Assembly (NCBI GenBank): GCA_943359455.1
Contig: CALRHL010000004.1
Location: 1-54,916 of the forward strand
Origin: Candidatus Uhrbacteria bacterium RIFOXYB12_FULL_58_10
GTDB lineage: Bacteria; Patescibacteriota; Patescibacteriia; UBA9934; GWF2-40-263
Reading direction: 5' to 3'
Length of the DNA: 54,916 bases
The notes under the pieces were generated by a model, which saw only the letters and a list, made by a program, of their open reading frames with translations, was not told where the DNA came from and did not search any database. Positions 36,532-48,523 of this stretch are shown piece after piece. The first letter of the stretch is position 1; each line of letters starts with the position of its first letter. The position numbers and the translations under genes are program-made.

Positions 36532-37950
36532 ATGACAAATAAATTTCTCAAATTTCCAATAATTTCCTTCATTTCCCTTTTTCTCATCGTCGGACCTGTT
36601 CTTGCCTATTCCTCATGGCCAGGGCCGTCTACTGCGACAGATATAGGATCCGCTCTCCTCACAAGTGATCCTGGTTTTGAACCATCCGGTATTGTGTATC
36701 ATCCTGGACGTGACACCTACATTACTGTTTCCGACGAAGGTCAAATTGCAGAAGTCGAACCAGACGGTACGCTTGTCGATGAATGGGATCTTGGGCGCAG
36801 TTACGATCTTGAAGATGTCACCGTTGCAGACGAATCAAGCTCTCTTGTTTATCTTGCCGACGAAAATACGTCGAGTGCCATTGCATTCGACCTTGATACC
36901 GGAGCGCTCACAGGCGACAGTTGGAGTTTTTCTGCATACATCACAGAAACAGATAATCTTGGTCTTGAAGGCCTTGCGTGGGTACCTGATGGCGATCACT
37001 CCTACGGAACGACGACTTCTGGAGGATTATTTTATGCAGGCTGGCAAGAGGACGCGGATATTTATGTATTTGAACCAGACCTCACGACGGGCAGTGTCAC
37101 TTTTCTCGAAGAACTTCGCACGACATCCGGAATGACAGATCTTTCTGGTCTTGCGTATGATCACATGACAGGAATACTTTACGTTGTCTACGACGGATAC
37201 GACTTATTCGAAATGCGAGACACCAACAGTACTCTGCTTGGTTCCTACACCTTACCTGGTTCCGGACAAGAAGGAATTGCTGTTGCAACAAACTGTCCAT
37301 CAACCGACTCAATCACGATCGTAATTTCCGAAGACGACGACACACTCGAGTCCTACGCATCTGTCCCTGTCACTTGCACCGTACGTGATGACGACGGCGA
37401 CGGAGTGGATACAGAATCCGATTGTGACGACACCGACGCGACGGTTTCTAGTTCTCAAATGTATTACATCGATGCTGATGGTGATGGATACGGTTCTGAT
37501 ACAACTGCGACATTTTGTTCATCGACAGCACCATCCGGTTACGCATCAAATTCAGACGATTTGTATGACACTCGTCGTGTTGAAATATGTAATGATGGAA
37601 CAGACAACGACGGTGATGCTTCCATTGATGAAGCAAACACCCTTGCAGAAAATGGACCGCATCCGCTCTATAGTACATACTCCGTCAGCACGACTGGCTG
37701 GATTACGAGTGCATCCGGATCTGCTCCTGGTACAGCCCGTATCGTTTACACAGACGCATCTTGTTACGACTACGTTGTTCCAGTTTCGACTGTCCCAATA
37801 CTCACGGTTATTACAGGAACATCATCCTACACCATCACGTCTAGTGGGATGAAAACAACAATTAATGGCCTTACGGGAACGACAACAAGTGTTTCACCAA
37901 CGGTAACCGTATCTCCGAGAAAAAAATTAAAAATCCCCCTAAAACCATAG
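36532..37950 (+). CDS. secreted protein: SdiA-regulated/YjiK-like beta-propeller + MopE-related Asp-rich metal-binding repeats
   Basis: signal peptide; EPSGI, TVSDE, DLEDVT, GLEGLAW, DLSGLAY, QEGIA; DDDGDG..DCDDTD, YIDADGDGYG, EICNDGTDNDGD; promoter TTGACA-17-TATGAT at 36492-36520. Confidence 0.75.
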   Translation: MTNKFLKFPIISFISLFLIVGPVLAYSSWPGPSTATDIGSALLTSDPGFEPSGIVYHPGRDTYITVSDEGQIAEVEPDGTLVDEWDLGRSYDLEDVTVADESSSLVYLADENTSSAIAFDLDTGALTGDSWSFSAYITETDNLGLEGLAWVPDGDHSYGTTTSGGLFYAGWQEDADIYVFEPDLTTGSVTFLEELRTTSGMTDLSGLAYDHMTGILYVVYDGYDLFEMRDTNSTLLGSYTLPGSGQEGIAVATNCPSTDSITIVISEDDDTLESYASVPVTCTVRDDDGDGVDTESDCDDTDATVSSSQMYYIDADGDGYGSDTTATFCSSTAPSGYASNSDDLYDTRRVEICNDGTDNDGDASIDEANTLAENGPHPLYSTYSVSTTGWITSASGSAPGTARIVYTDASCYDYVVPVSTVPILTVITGTSSYTITSSGMKTTINGLTGTTTSVSPTVTVSPRKKLKIPLKP

Positions 37951-38004
37951 AAGAACGCGAGTGATTGACACCCAATGCTGATTTTGATATATTTCCGCTC
38001 GTAT

Positions 38005-38289
38005 ATGAAAAAAGAAATTCACCCAGAATATTTTGAAAAGGCAAAAATCACCTGTGCCTGTGGTGCCAAATACGAAATTGGCTCAACCATGGCAGAAATT
38101 TTTGTTGAATTGTGCGCCGCGTGTCACCCATTCTACACAGGCAAACAAAAAATTCTCGATACGGCTCGCCGTGTTGAAAAGTTTGGCGACAAGCTCACCA
38201 AGAAGGACGCAGGAAAAACCGTAGCAAAGCGCGCAAAAACAGCTGCACGTGGTGCAAAAAAGAAAGCAAAAGCAACCAAAGCATCCTAG
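38005..38289 (+). CDS. rpmE: 50S ribosomal protein L31 (Zn-binding type)
   Basis: MKKEIHPEY, CACG, CAACHPFYTG, RVEKF; promoter TTGACA-17-TATATT at 37965-37993. Confidence 0.95.
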   Translation: MKKEIHPEYFEKAKITCACGAKYEIGSTMAEIFVELCAACHPFYTGKQKILDTARRVEKFGDKLTKKDAGKTVAKRAKTAARGAKKKAKATKAS

Positions 38290-38301
38290 ATCTTGATTCT
38301 C

Positions 38302-39384
38302 ATGAATCTCCTCGACGAGCTCAAACGAGTTCAGGCGCGAAAGAGCGAGCTCGAGTCACAGTTAAGTGACTCGAGCGTTCTTTCTAATATGGCAAAGTTG
38401 CGAGAGCTGAATGAGAAATACGTTGAGGTTGTTGAGGTGGTTAAGGTGGGTGAGGTGTTTGAAAAGGCTGTATTGGATTTAAAAAGCGCGGAAGCAACAC
38501 TGGCGAATGAGAAAGATCAGGATATGCGTCAAATGGCGCTCGATGAGATCGAAGCGGTGAAAGGACGTTTGCCGAAATTAGAGGAAGAATTCACCCTTGC
38601 ACTTGTTCCTCCAGATCCTTTGGATAAAAAAAACACGATCGTGGAAATCCGTCCCGCGGCTGGTGGAGATGAATCGGCGCTTTTTGCCGCCGAATTGTTT
38701 CGCATGTACACACGCTACGCAGATAAGCATGGATGGAAAATAAACGTGATCACGGCAAATAGAAATGATTTGGGTGGATATAAAGAAATCATTTTTTCGG
38801 TGGAAGGAAAAAATGTTTATAGCAAACTCAAGTATGAATCTGGAGTTCATCGAGTTCAGCGTGTCCCGGAAACAGAAAAAGCTGGACGTGTTCATACGTC
38901 AACGATCACGGTCGCGATCATGCCAGAAGCAGAAGAAATCGATGTGAAAATCGATCCAAAAGATGTACGCATCGACACGATGACGTCTGGTGGCGCGGGT
39001 GGTCAAAGTGTGAACACAACGTATTCCGCCGTGCGCCTCACACATATTCCGAGTGGTCTCGTCGTACAATGTCAGGATGAACGCAGTCAAACACAAAATA
39101 AAGAGCGGGCGTTTTCAGTATTACGCGCGCGTTTGTTTGCATTTGAACAGGAAAAAGTTGCAAAAGAACGTGGAGATAAGGTACGTGGTCAAATCGGTTC
39201 CGGCGACCGCTCTGAAAAAATTCGCACATACAACTTTCCACAAGATCGTGTTACCGATCACCGCATTGGTCAAAATTTTCACAATATTCCAGCCATTATG
39301 GAAGGAGACTTCGAAGAGATTATTTCCGCGTTAAAAACAGCCGAGTTGAATAACGCGTTCGTTCACGAAACAGACGAGGAGTAA
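38302..39384 (+). CDS. prfA: peptide chain release factor 1
   Basis: [14 protein letters not shown] (PxT), [29 protein letters not shown]. Confidence 0.97.
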   Translation: MNLLDELKRVQARKSELESQLSDSSVLSNMAKLRELNEKYVEVVEVVKVGEVFEKAVLDLKSAEATLANEKDQDMRQMALDEIEAVKGRLPKLEEEFTLALVPPDPLDKKNTIVEIRPAAGGDESALFAAELFRMYTRYADKHGWKINVITANRNDLGGYKEIIFSVEGKNVYSKLKYESGVHRVQRVPETEKAGRVHTSTITVAIMPEAEEIDVKIDPKDVRIDTMTSGGAGGQSVNTTYSAVRLTHIPSGLVVQCQDERSQTQNKERAFSVLRARLFAFEQEKVAKERGDKVRGQIGSGDRSEKIRTYNFPQDRVTDHRIGQNFHNIPAIMEGDFEEIISALKTAELNNAFVHETDEE

Positions 39385-39388
39385 ACGT

Positions 39389-40069
39389 ATGCAGGCTGTT
39401 ATTCTTGCAGCTGGCAAAGGCCTTCGCCTGCGCCCGCTGACCGATACCATTCCAAAAGCGCTCGTCGATATCTGCGGTCAACCGCTGATTTTTCATATTC
39501 TCACCTCCCTACCAGACGATGTGACGGAAATTTTTATCGTCGTTGGATATTTAAAAGAACAGATCATGCAGATGGTTGGGGATGCGTGGAACGAAAAACC
39601 TGTCCAATATATTCTCCAAGATCCGCTTGATGGAACAGGGTCCGCACTGCATTTGGTGAAAAATGATTTGCATGGAAAGTTTTTGGTCGTGAATGGAGAT
39701 GATCTCTATGACAAGAAAGATCTGGAATGCTTGGTCGTTCATGATCATGCCTTGCTTGTGTCTGCGACCAAAAATCCGGTTGCTGCGTCTGCCTTAGAAG
39801 ACCGTGATGGAAACTTTATCGGACTTGAGTCCTACGCGCCTGATCAAGAAGTAAAACTTCGAGTGTGCGGGGCGTATATTCTTGATGAACGATATTTCCG
39901 CTATACGCTTGCAACAGTCAACGTTCACAACAAGATAGAATATAGTTTACCGCACACGATCGTTGAAATGACAGCTGATTTAAAGATAAAAATCGAACAT
40001 GCGGATAACTGGCAACCTGTTGGAACACATGAAGAGCTATCGAAAATCCGGATGAACTGCCTGCAGTGA
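39389..40069 (+). CDS. sugar-phosphate nucleotidyltransferase (NTP_transferase, GlmU N-terminal-like)
   Basis: VILAAGKGLRLRPLT..PKAL, GTG, NGDD. Confidence 0.85.
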   Translation: MQAVILAAGKGLRLRPLTDTIPKALVDICGQPLIFHILTSLPDDVTEIFIVVGYLKEQIMQMVGDAWNEKPVQYILQDPLDGTGSALHLVKNDLHGKFLVVNGDDLYDKKDLECLVVHDHALLVSATKNPVAASALEDRDGNFIGLESYAPDQEVKLRVCGAYILDERYFRYTLATVNVHNKIEYSLPHTIVEMTADLKIKIEHADNWQPVGTHEELSKIRMNCLQ

Positions 40070-40114
40070 GGGACGAACTGTGGATAACTAGATAATTTCG
40101 CTAACATACAGCCC

Positions 40115-40143
40115 TTGACGGCTGTTTTATGTTCCGGTAATAT
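40115..40143 (+). promoter_or_regulatory. sigma70 promoter of ncRNA C
   Basis: TTGACG-17 nt-TAATAT. Confidence 0.7.
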
Positions 40144-40149
40144 ACGTTT

Positions 40150-40860
40150 TACCACTCGCTGAGAGCGCGCCACGAAAATCACTGGTCCTCACAGTCGCAA
40201 GACAAAGGGAACAGCGTACTAAGTGACGCAGACAGGAAGTCATTCACGTGACAAGAAGTCACCTCACAGCGTTGGACGGCAGAAGTCGCTCATGTACTGA
40301 ATCGCAAGATTCCCAATCCGCCTCGTGCAGATTGTGCCAAGAGCTTCTGAAGCCAACCGGTTCGTCAGACAAGTTGAAGCTTTCCAAAGCGCTCTCTCTT
40401 TCAATCGTAGAAGTAGTCGAATCATTTAAGTGGAACAATTGGTCTTCGGATCATGAGGGAAACAAAGATGAATTGATTGCAGAAGCGAACGAAACAATCC
40501 AAGTGGAACGATTGGTCTTCGGATCATGAGGGAAACAAAGATTGCGAGATCGAATAGGCCAGCCAAAACGAAATCTGAATTCAGAACGGAATTCAAAGAC
40601 AATGCCAGCAACTCGTGCAATACCGAGAAGCTACTCTCTCCAAATGCGAAACTTAACGGTGCTGGTCAGCTTGCTGATCAACAACGAAGACACGAACGAA
40701 TGGAGTCGAGTAAAAGCAACGTCTGTGAAGACAGAGAAGAATAAGCCCTCAAAGCCAAAACCTTCCGCGTCCTCCATATGGATGCATCTGCGATAACATC
40801 AAAGAAGCCGAACCACCCCTTCCCCTTTGCGCTGTTGACTTCGGTCCAGCGCTTTTTCTT
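40150..40860 (+). ncRNA. candidate large ncRNA C (~700 nt, purine-rich, internal 42-nt duplication)
   Basis: promoter + terminator with no credible ORF; gagagcgc/gcgctctc helix; GCAA and UUCG hairpins. Confidence 0.6.
40428..40542 (+). repeat. 42-bp direct repeat x2 (1 mismatch), 31-nt spacer
   Basis: aagtggaacRattggtcttcggatcatgagggaaacaaagat at 40428-40469 and 40501-40542. Confidence 0.95.
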
Positions 40861-40862
40861 TT
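40829..40862 (+). terminator. intrinsic terminator
   Basis: gcgctg-ttgac-ttcg-gtc-cagcgc + tttttctttt. Confidence 0.8.
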
Positions 40863-40881
40863 GTGATACACTTTTCAAACT

Positions 40882-41808
40882 ATGCTGATCATGGAAGCAC
40901 TTCAGTGGGCGAATGATGTCCTTAAACGACAGACAGATCTAACGAACCGTCTTGATTCGCCAATGCTTGATGCGGAGGTTTTGTTGTCTGCAGTGCTTGA
41001 GGTGAACAAAACGTGGTTGTTTACCCACCTGGATTATGAATTGAAAACAGATCAAAATGAGCGCTATCGCGAATCTGTAAATCGACGTGCAACGCATGAG
41101 CCTGTTGCTTACATCGTCGGCTCGCGTGAATTCTACAAACGGGATTTTGCTGTGAATCGATTTGTCTTAATCCCACGTCCAGCCACCGAAGTCCTCGTCG
41201 AACACGCCTTGCAAATTTCCTCCTCAGTCATTTCTCCAATTTCTCCAGATTTCAAAATTTCCTCCGTCCTATTCGCCGACATCGGAACGGGTTCAGGGGC
41301 GATCGCTGTCACGTTGGCAACGGAATCCAAACTCCCTGTCATTGCAACAGACACGAGCAAGCAGGCTCTTGTTATCGCAAAAACAAATGCTCATAAACAT
41401 CACGTCGAAGAACTCGTCGATTTTCAACATGGAAATCTCGCAGAACCTATTATCAAAATTTTTAAATCCCTCGGGGTACAAAAACCGTTCCAGCATCTCA
41501 TCCTCTGCGCCAACCTGCCGTATCTCTCAGAGAAACAGATCGACACAGGACAGCGCGACGTTCGCGACTTTGAACCAAGAGAAGCCCTCGTCGCCGGACA
41601 CGACGGTCTCGACGCCTACTGGAACCTCTTCCGACAATTAAAACAAAACCGTTCGGTTTTACCCGAACGTGTTACCACTCTCATTGAAATCGATCCATCC
41701 CAAAATCTCTCCATCCAAAACCTCATCCGCCACGCCTTCCCACATTCCTCCCCACAAATCACAAACGATCTCGAAAGCCTCCCCCGCGTCGTGATCACAG
41801 AGATTTAA
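40882..41808 (+). CDS. prmC: release factor glutamine methyltransferase
   Basis: LDAEVLL, EPVAYIVG.REFY, VLIPRPATE, DIGTGSGAIA, ANLPY, EPREAL. Confidence 0.93.
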   Translation: MLIMEALQWANDVLKRQTDLTNRLDSPMLDAEVLLSAVLEVNKTWLFTHLDYELKTDQNERYRESVNRRATHEPVAYIVGSREFYKRDFAVNRFVLIPRPATEVLVEHALQISSSVISPISPDFKISSVLFADIGTGSGAIAVTLATESKLPVIATDTSKQALVIAKTNAHKHHVEELVDFQHGNLAEPIIKIFKSLGVQKPFQHLILCANLPYLSEKQIDTGQRDVRDFEPREALVAGHDGLDAYWNLFRQLKQNRSVLPERVTTLIEIDPSQNLSIQNLIRHAFPHSSPQITNDLESLPRVVITEI

Positions 41809-42955
41809 TCCCAACCGTCACATCCTCCTCGTCCCCAACGACTTCAATCCACGTGTTCCCAGCGTTCATGGTGATCTCATTTCCTGTCATGTCGAAAAAT
41901 CTGAGTCGTTCGCTTGTGGATGGTTTTTTCCATGTTGCTTCGATCGTGATTCCGTCTTGCGCTAACCATGCCTTCCCTTCTCCAACAGTGCGTATCTCGC
42001 GACGACCGACGTAGTCGAGGATTTCGATGTCTGTGACGATGACGGCGACGTTGGTGGCGGTGACCTGTGTTCCGTCTGCTGTGAGATAGGGTCGACCGCC
42101 TTGTGAGCGGATATACTGTCCGGACTCAGAATCGTACGTCCAGTTAGCTGTGTACAGGTCGGAGTTGAAGTAGACAGTGACAAACGAAGACTGACCCTTC
42201 GACTCCCCCGCCACGGCGGGGTCGCTCAGGGAGTATTTATTTGTGTCTGAACTTTCCTGTGGTGATCCTATGGAAGGCTCAGCTTGAATATCCTTAAAAT
42301 TCCATACCCCATATAACACCTCTGGTGCACGATCTCGATCTATTGCGGCTTCCACATACTTCCCTAACAGCTCCGTGGATGTATAGGTATTGTGCGGAGC
42401 ATAGCGATCAGAAGCGCGCCAGAAATAGTCTCCGTTCCAGAACTCGTTAATGTCAAACGTTCCTGTGGATGAAATAACTTCAAGGGCGGCGTTCGAACCG
42501 CCGACGTGTGTGTATAGCGCGTCGAACTCATTTGCCCAGTCAATAAAGTACGGGCGTGCGGATCGAACAGGGCCGATCTTCAGAACGACCGTGTCGGACG
42601 AAAAAAACGCCTCCAGACGAGGAATCGCGGCTTCTACAGGCGCTTCGATGACGAGAAATGCTTTATCGATTCCAGAAACAGGCCACGCGTCGACGGCGTT
42701 GTCGATCATGACGGCGTAGACAGGTAGGCCGGGAGGCATAAGGCCGTCAGACGGCCTTTGGCTTAAGGCCGGGAGGCCAGTGAGCGGGTGGCGGTGAAGA
42801 GGTTCGGAGGATTTCAGATCCTGAGGTTCAAAGAGGTTTATTGATTCTTGACTCTTGAATCTTGACTCTTTTATCCATGCCTCTAAACTAAACGCAAGCG
42901 CCAGAAATATGGCGCTTGCGATGATGATCCTCTTATTTTTTTGCAACAGGGGCAT
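41795..42955 (-). CDS. DUF3048 domain-containing membrane-anchored protein
   Basis: HPLTG, AVMIDN, VEAAIPR, IGPVRSARPY, HVGGS, APHNTY, GNTWIEVV. Confidence 0.85.
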   Translation of the reverse strand: MPLLQKNKRIIIASAIFLALAFSLEAWIKESRFKSQESINLFEPQDLKSSEPLHRHPLTGLPALSQRPSDGLMPPGLPVYAVMIDNAVDAWPVSGIDKAFLVIEAPVEAAIPRLEAFFSSDTVVLKIGPVRSARPYFIDWANEFDALYTHVGGSNAALEVISSTGTFDINEFWNGDYFWRASDRYAPHNTYTSTELLGKYVEAAIDRDRAPEVLYGVWNFKDIQAEPSIGSPQESSDTNKYSLSDPAVAGESKGQSSFVTVYFNSDLYTANWTYDSESGQYIRSQGGRPYLTADGTQVTATNVAVIVTDIEILDYVGRREIRTVGEGKAWLAQDGITIEATWKKPSTSERLRFFDMTGNEITMNAGNTWIEVVGDEEDVTVGIKSL

Positions 42956-43628
42956 TTTTCTTTTCATCACCTTCTGCCGTTTCATCGTCTGCTTTCTTTT
43001 CCTTTTCAACTTTCTCAACCGCCGTCACATCAATTTCGACTGCCTTGCTCAACTCATCCATTTCCGCATCGGTGCGTGGAGCGGCGACAAGCGCAACGGT
43101 TGCATCCATATCTTCAAGCACTTCAACCGTGGATGGAATCGGCAAATCTTTTACATGAATTGCATCGTCAAATGTAACCAGTTTAGAAATATCAATTTCG
43201 ATAAACGAAAGCAAATCTTTTGGCAAAGCTTTAATACGAATTTCATCCATTGGACGAACGAGTGTTCCTCCAAGACCTTTGACTGCTGGTGATTCGCCAA
43301 TGAAGTGCAGTTTTACCTCTGCTTCAATTTTCTTCAACATGTCCACCGCGCGGAAATCGGCGTGAATGAACTCGTCGCGAAGAGGATCGGTTTGCGAGTC
43401 TTGAATAAGAACATGCAATGGCTTACCTCCATCGATCGCCAACGCAACAAGCGTTGATTCCCCAGCACCTTTAAGCACTTTGGCAAACTCGTTATGAACT
43501 ACTTCAATACTGATTGGCTCTATTCCTGAACCGTACACAACAGCAGGAATACGACCATCGTTTCGAAGATGGTAGTTCTTGCGACCAATAAGATCGCGCT
43601 TTTTCGCGTTGAGAGTAAATAGTTCCAT
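42933..43628 (-). CDS. rplY: 50S ribosomal protein L25/Ctc
   Basis: RIPAVVYG, Q.DP, HADF, GESPAVK.LGG, IHVKDL. Confidence 0.95.
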   Translation of the reverse strand: MELFTLNAKKRDLIGRKNYHLRNDGRIPAVVYGSGIEPISIEVVHNEFAKVLKGAGESTLVALAIDGGKPLHVLIQDSQTDPLRDEFIHADFRAVDMLKKIEAEVKLHFIGESPAVKGLGGTLVRPMDEIRIKALPKDLLSFIEIDISKLVTFDDAIHVKDLPIPSTVEVLEDMDATVALVAAPRTDAEMDELSKAVEIDVTAVEKVEKEKKADDETAEGDEKKNAPVAKK

Positions 43629-43701
43629 ATAAAACAAAACCAGCAATTAATGCCGGCATTGTGCGTGATAGAGAAAAAGTTGTCAACCCCGTCTCACGTG
43701 G

Positions 43702-44094
43702 CTAGCCTTGAGTTGTGTGAAGAACTTTCGTGCGGGTTTTTGCACGGATGGATCGACGCTTTTTTACAGGAACTTGGAAACGGGTCGAAAAACTCGTAAG
43801 AAGTGCCTGATGAACGTCGATGACGTCGTCGGTTGTTACCTTTACATTGTTATGAAAATCTAAGACATCTGTGTGCGATAAATCTGTGATAAGTCCAACA
43901 GAACTCGCACCCGCCTCATGTTCTTGCAACAAGGAAAGTGTCGCGGATCCGCATTCTTCGCACGTAACGTGAATCAGTCGCATCTGTCCTGATTCGGAAA
44001 GAATGCGAGCATGCATTGGCTCGTATCGTGTATCGCACAAAGGACAGTATGCCATGACGCGCAAGGCGTCGAAACCTGGAGGGTTTGGTTTCAT
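43702..44094 (-). CDS. hypothetical Zn-ribbon protein
   Basis: CPLC...HVTCEEC, GLITDLS, VTTDDVIDVH. Confidence 0.75.
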   Translation of the reverse strand: MKPNPPGFDALRVMAYCPLCDTRYEPMHARILSESGQMRLIHVTCEECGSATLSLLQEHEAGASSVGLITDLSHTDVLDFHNNVKVTTDDVIDVHQALLTSFSTRFQVPVKKRRSIRAKTRTKVLHTTQG

Positions 44095-44153
44095 ATGTTT
44101 CTATATTATCACTCAAGCTTGATAGAGGACAAGACTTACCTTCGACCCAGTGT

Positions 44154-45263
44154 CTAAGACGTTTTCCTATTCCCTCCGTGGATCACAACACTCTGTGCGA
44201 TTCCGAGCATCACAAGAGTAAACAACAACGAGCTTCCGCCGTAACTGACAAGCGGTAACGCAATACCGGTCACCGGAAGCAAACCGATATTCATCCCGAC
44301 GTTAATAAAAAATTGAACAAACAACACCGCACCAATCGCAATGAGAAGATAACTGGTGAAGTCATCGCGTGTTTCTTTCGCAATGGACCAAAGACGGAAA
44401 AAAACGATGCTAAATGCTGTGAGAACAAGAAGCACTCCAACAAACCCGAGCTCTTCGGCGATTACCGCAAAAATAAAATCCGTTTGTGATTCTGGAAGAA
44501 ATTTCAACTGACTTTGTGAACCAAACCCAAGTCCACTCCCAAACCAACCTCCCGCACCCACAGCAATGATCGCTTGAGTCACGTTATACCCTTGACCAAG
44601 AGCATCAGAAGCAGGGTCGAGAAAGGTCGTGATGCGATCTTTTTGATACGGGAGAAAAAGAAAATTCCAGGAGATGAGTAAAGAAATTATGGAAATTATG
44701 GAAATGATTAGTAAATGAAATTTTTTAATTCCGGCGAATAGAATCATGATTCCCCACATGCCGACGAGCAGAATAGCGGAGCCGAGGTCAGGTTGGAGGA
44801 AAATGAGACCAACGGGAAGTGCGGTGATCATTCCGCTTTCAAAAAGTTCCTTCCAACCAAATTCAATACGTGCGCGACGTGCAAAGTAGGCGGCAAGAGC
44901 AACGGCAAGCGCCGCTTTCATAAATTCAACAGGCTGAAAACTAACCGGTCCGAATGCATACCATCCCGTCGTATTACGGATCGTGACTCCAAATAACAGC
45001 ACACCGATCAAAAGCAAAATACCAATCCCATACAACAAAATCGCATAATTTCTAAGCAGATGATAATTCGATCCAGCAATCAGAAAAAAAAAGACGCCAC
45101 CGATCAACGCCGCAATGGTTTGTTTTTGAACGTTCAAAAAATCTCCCCCACCGTGTGACAGTTCAACCGAGTAAATCGTGGCAAGACCAAACAACACAAG
45201 GGTAAAAATACCCATGATCAAAATCCAGTCCGCGTTTTGCCATTGCCGAAATTTCGACAACAT
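44154..45263 (-). CDS. rodA: rod shape-determining SEDS peptidoglycan polymerase
   Basis: FQPVEFMK, QPDLG, YQKDRI, GYNVTQA, LPESQTDFIF...EELG, PVTGIALPLVSYGGSS. Confidence 0.9.
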   Translation of the reverse strand: MLSKFRQWQNADWILIMGIFTLVLFGLATIYSVELSHGGGDFLNVQKQTIAALIGGVFFFLIAGSNYHLLRNYAILLYGIGILLLIGVLLFGVTIRNTTGWYAFGPVSFQPVEFMKAALAVALAAYFARRARIEFGWKELFESGMITALPVGLIFLQPDLGSAILLVGMWGIMILFAGIKKFHLLIISIISIISLLISWNFLFLPYQKDRITTFLDPASDALGQGYNVTQAIIAVGAGGWFGSGLGFGSQSQLKFLPESQTDFIFAVIAEELGFVGVLLVLTAFSIVFFRLWSIAKETRDDFTSYLLIAIGAVLFVQFFINVGMNIGLLPVTGIALPLVSYGGSSLLFTLVMLGIAQSVVIHGGNRKTS

Positions 45264-45273
45264 GTGACTCCTG

Positions 45274-46197
45274 TCAACGCGTCAATACGCGCGTTCTCGT
45301 ATCCTCCGTGGATTCTCCTTGTAACGGTTTATAGGATGCAATGTCAAATGGATTGACGTCTGGGAACACTTCTACCTGCGTCACGGCGGGAATCGTCCCA
45401 AACCAATTGAGGGAAATATCTTGTGTCTCTCCTGCGTCGATGGAATGTAAAACTGTTCCGGTGACCCCAACAACGGCAGGCCCACGTGTGAGCATCACCG
45501 TTATCGTTGGATCGTAATAACTGAAAGCAGAATTATTTGTGAGAGAAAAAGTAACACGCCCAATCGTTTCTCCCTCAATCTCGATGCGATCAAATACAGG
45601 ATCATTGACTTGCATTTGAAGCCGGTCCCCCGTCCAAACCGCAACATCCCCAGTATCATGATGATCAATGCGATGCCAGACAAGGTCGGTAATTTCCAAA
45701 GAAACAGATCGTGGGGTTGCGGACGAAACGGTCGCGTAAGCAACGAGTGGTTTTTCAACTCCGGGAAGCGCGTACGCATGTTGTGGTTCTGTTTCCCCCG
45801 CTGTTGAAGAAAACGAATAAGAAAATTCTGCCCACCAATCGTTGTTTGGGTTTGTAACGGTGGTATAAAAATCAAACTTCCCTTCCACAGAAGGCACCGC
45901 AATCGCCGTGGATGTTTTTAAGTCTTTCGCGGCATTTGAAAGAGAAAAACTTCTGAGGTCGGTTTGTCCATAAGCAACCATTTCAAGGGTGGCTTGTGTT
46001 TCATCCGCATAGCTTACAAGATACGCATCCGCAAAGGTCCAAATTACAAAGAGAAGAATGAGACCGTCCACACAGGCAAATAAAAACAACCCGAGTCTTC
46101 GTAAGCCGTCGCGATGCTCAATCCACCATTTGGAACGGCGATATTTTTTTTGATCCTCCTGCTCCGATTGAAGCAAGACAGGTTGGTCGTCGGACAT
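45274..46197 (-). CDS. hypothetical membrane-anchored protein with beta-rich extracellular domains
   Basis: 307-aa ORF, single TM near N-terminus, NPN motif, co-oriented with rodA. Confidence 0.75.
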   Translation of the reverse strand: MSDDQPVLLQSEQEDQKKYRRSKWWIEHRDGLRRLGLFLFACVDGLILLFVIWTFADAYLVSYADETQATLEMVAYGQTDLRSFSLSNAAKDLKTSTAIAVPSVEGKFDFYTTVTNPNNDWWAEFSYSFSSTAGETEPQHAYALPGVEKPLVAYATVSSATPRSVSLEITDLVWHRIDHHDTGDVAVWTGDRLQMQVNDPVFDRIEIEGETIGRVTFSLTNNSAFSYYDPTITVMLTRGPAVVGVTGTVLHSIDAGETQDISLNWFGTIPAVTQVEVFPDVNPFDIASYKPLQGESTEDTRTRVLTR

Positions 46198-46225
46198 AAC
46201 AGTCTTAGTATACAGGAATAGTCTA

Positions 46226-46363
46226 TAAATTCTAAATTCGAAGTATCAAATCCGAAATAATATTCAAAGCATAAAACTCAAAATTAAAAAAATTCGTTTT
46301 TTTGAGTTTATTATTTCAAATTTGGTGCTTATTTCGAATTTGATACTTCGAATTTCGAGTTTA
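46226..46363. repeat. long AT-rich inverted repeat built on 7-nt periodic units
   Basis: 46234-46260 vs 46329-46355 complementary at 26/27 positions; inner aaactcaaaa/ttttgagttt. Confidence 0.85.
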
Positions 46364-46364
46364 A

Positions 46365-48488
<2,124 letters not shown>

Positions 48489-48523
48489 CATTCTTTCTGT
48501 TTAGCTGTGTGTATGGAGAATAC

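Noticed and set aside
40079-40087. DnaA box TGTGGATAA as oriC
   Set aside because: Isolated box, no cluster, no dnaA/dnaN or AT-rich unwinding element seen.
40428-40542. CRISPR array (42-bp repeat, 31-nt spacer)
   Set aside because: Only two repeats, repeat longer than spacer, no cas genes in the window; better explained as an internal duplication of a structured RNA.
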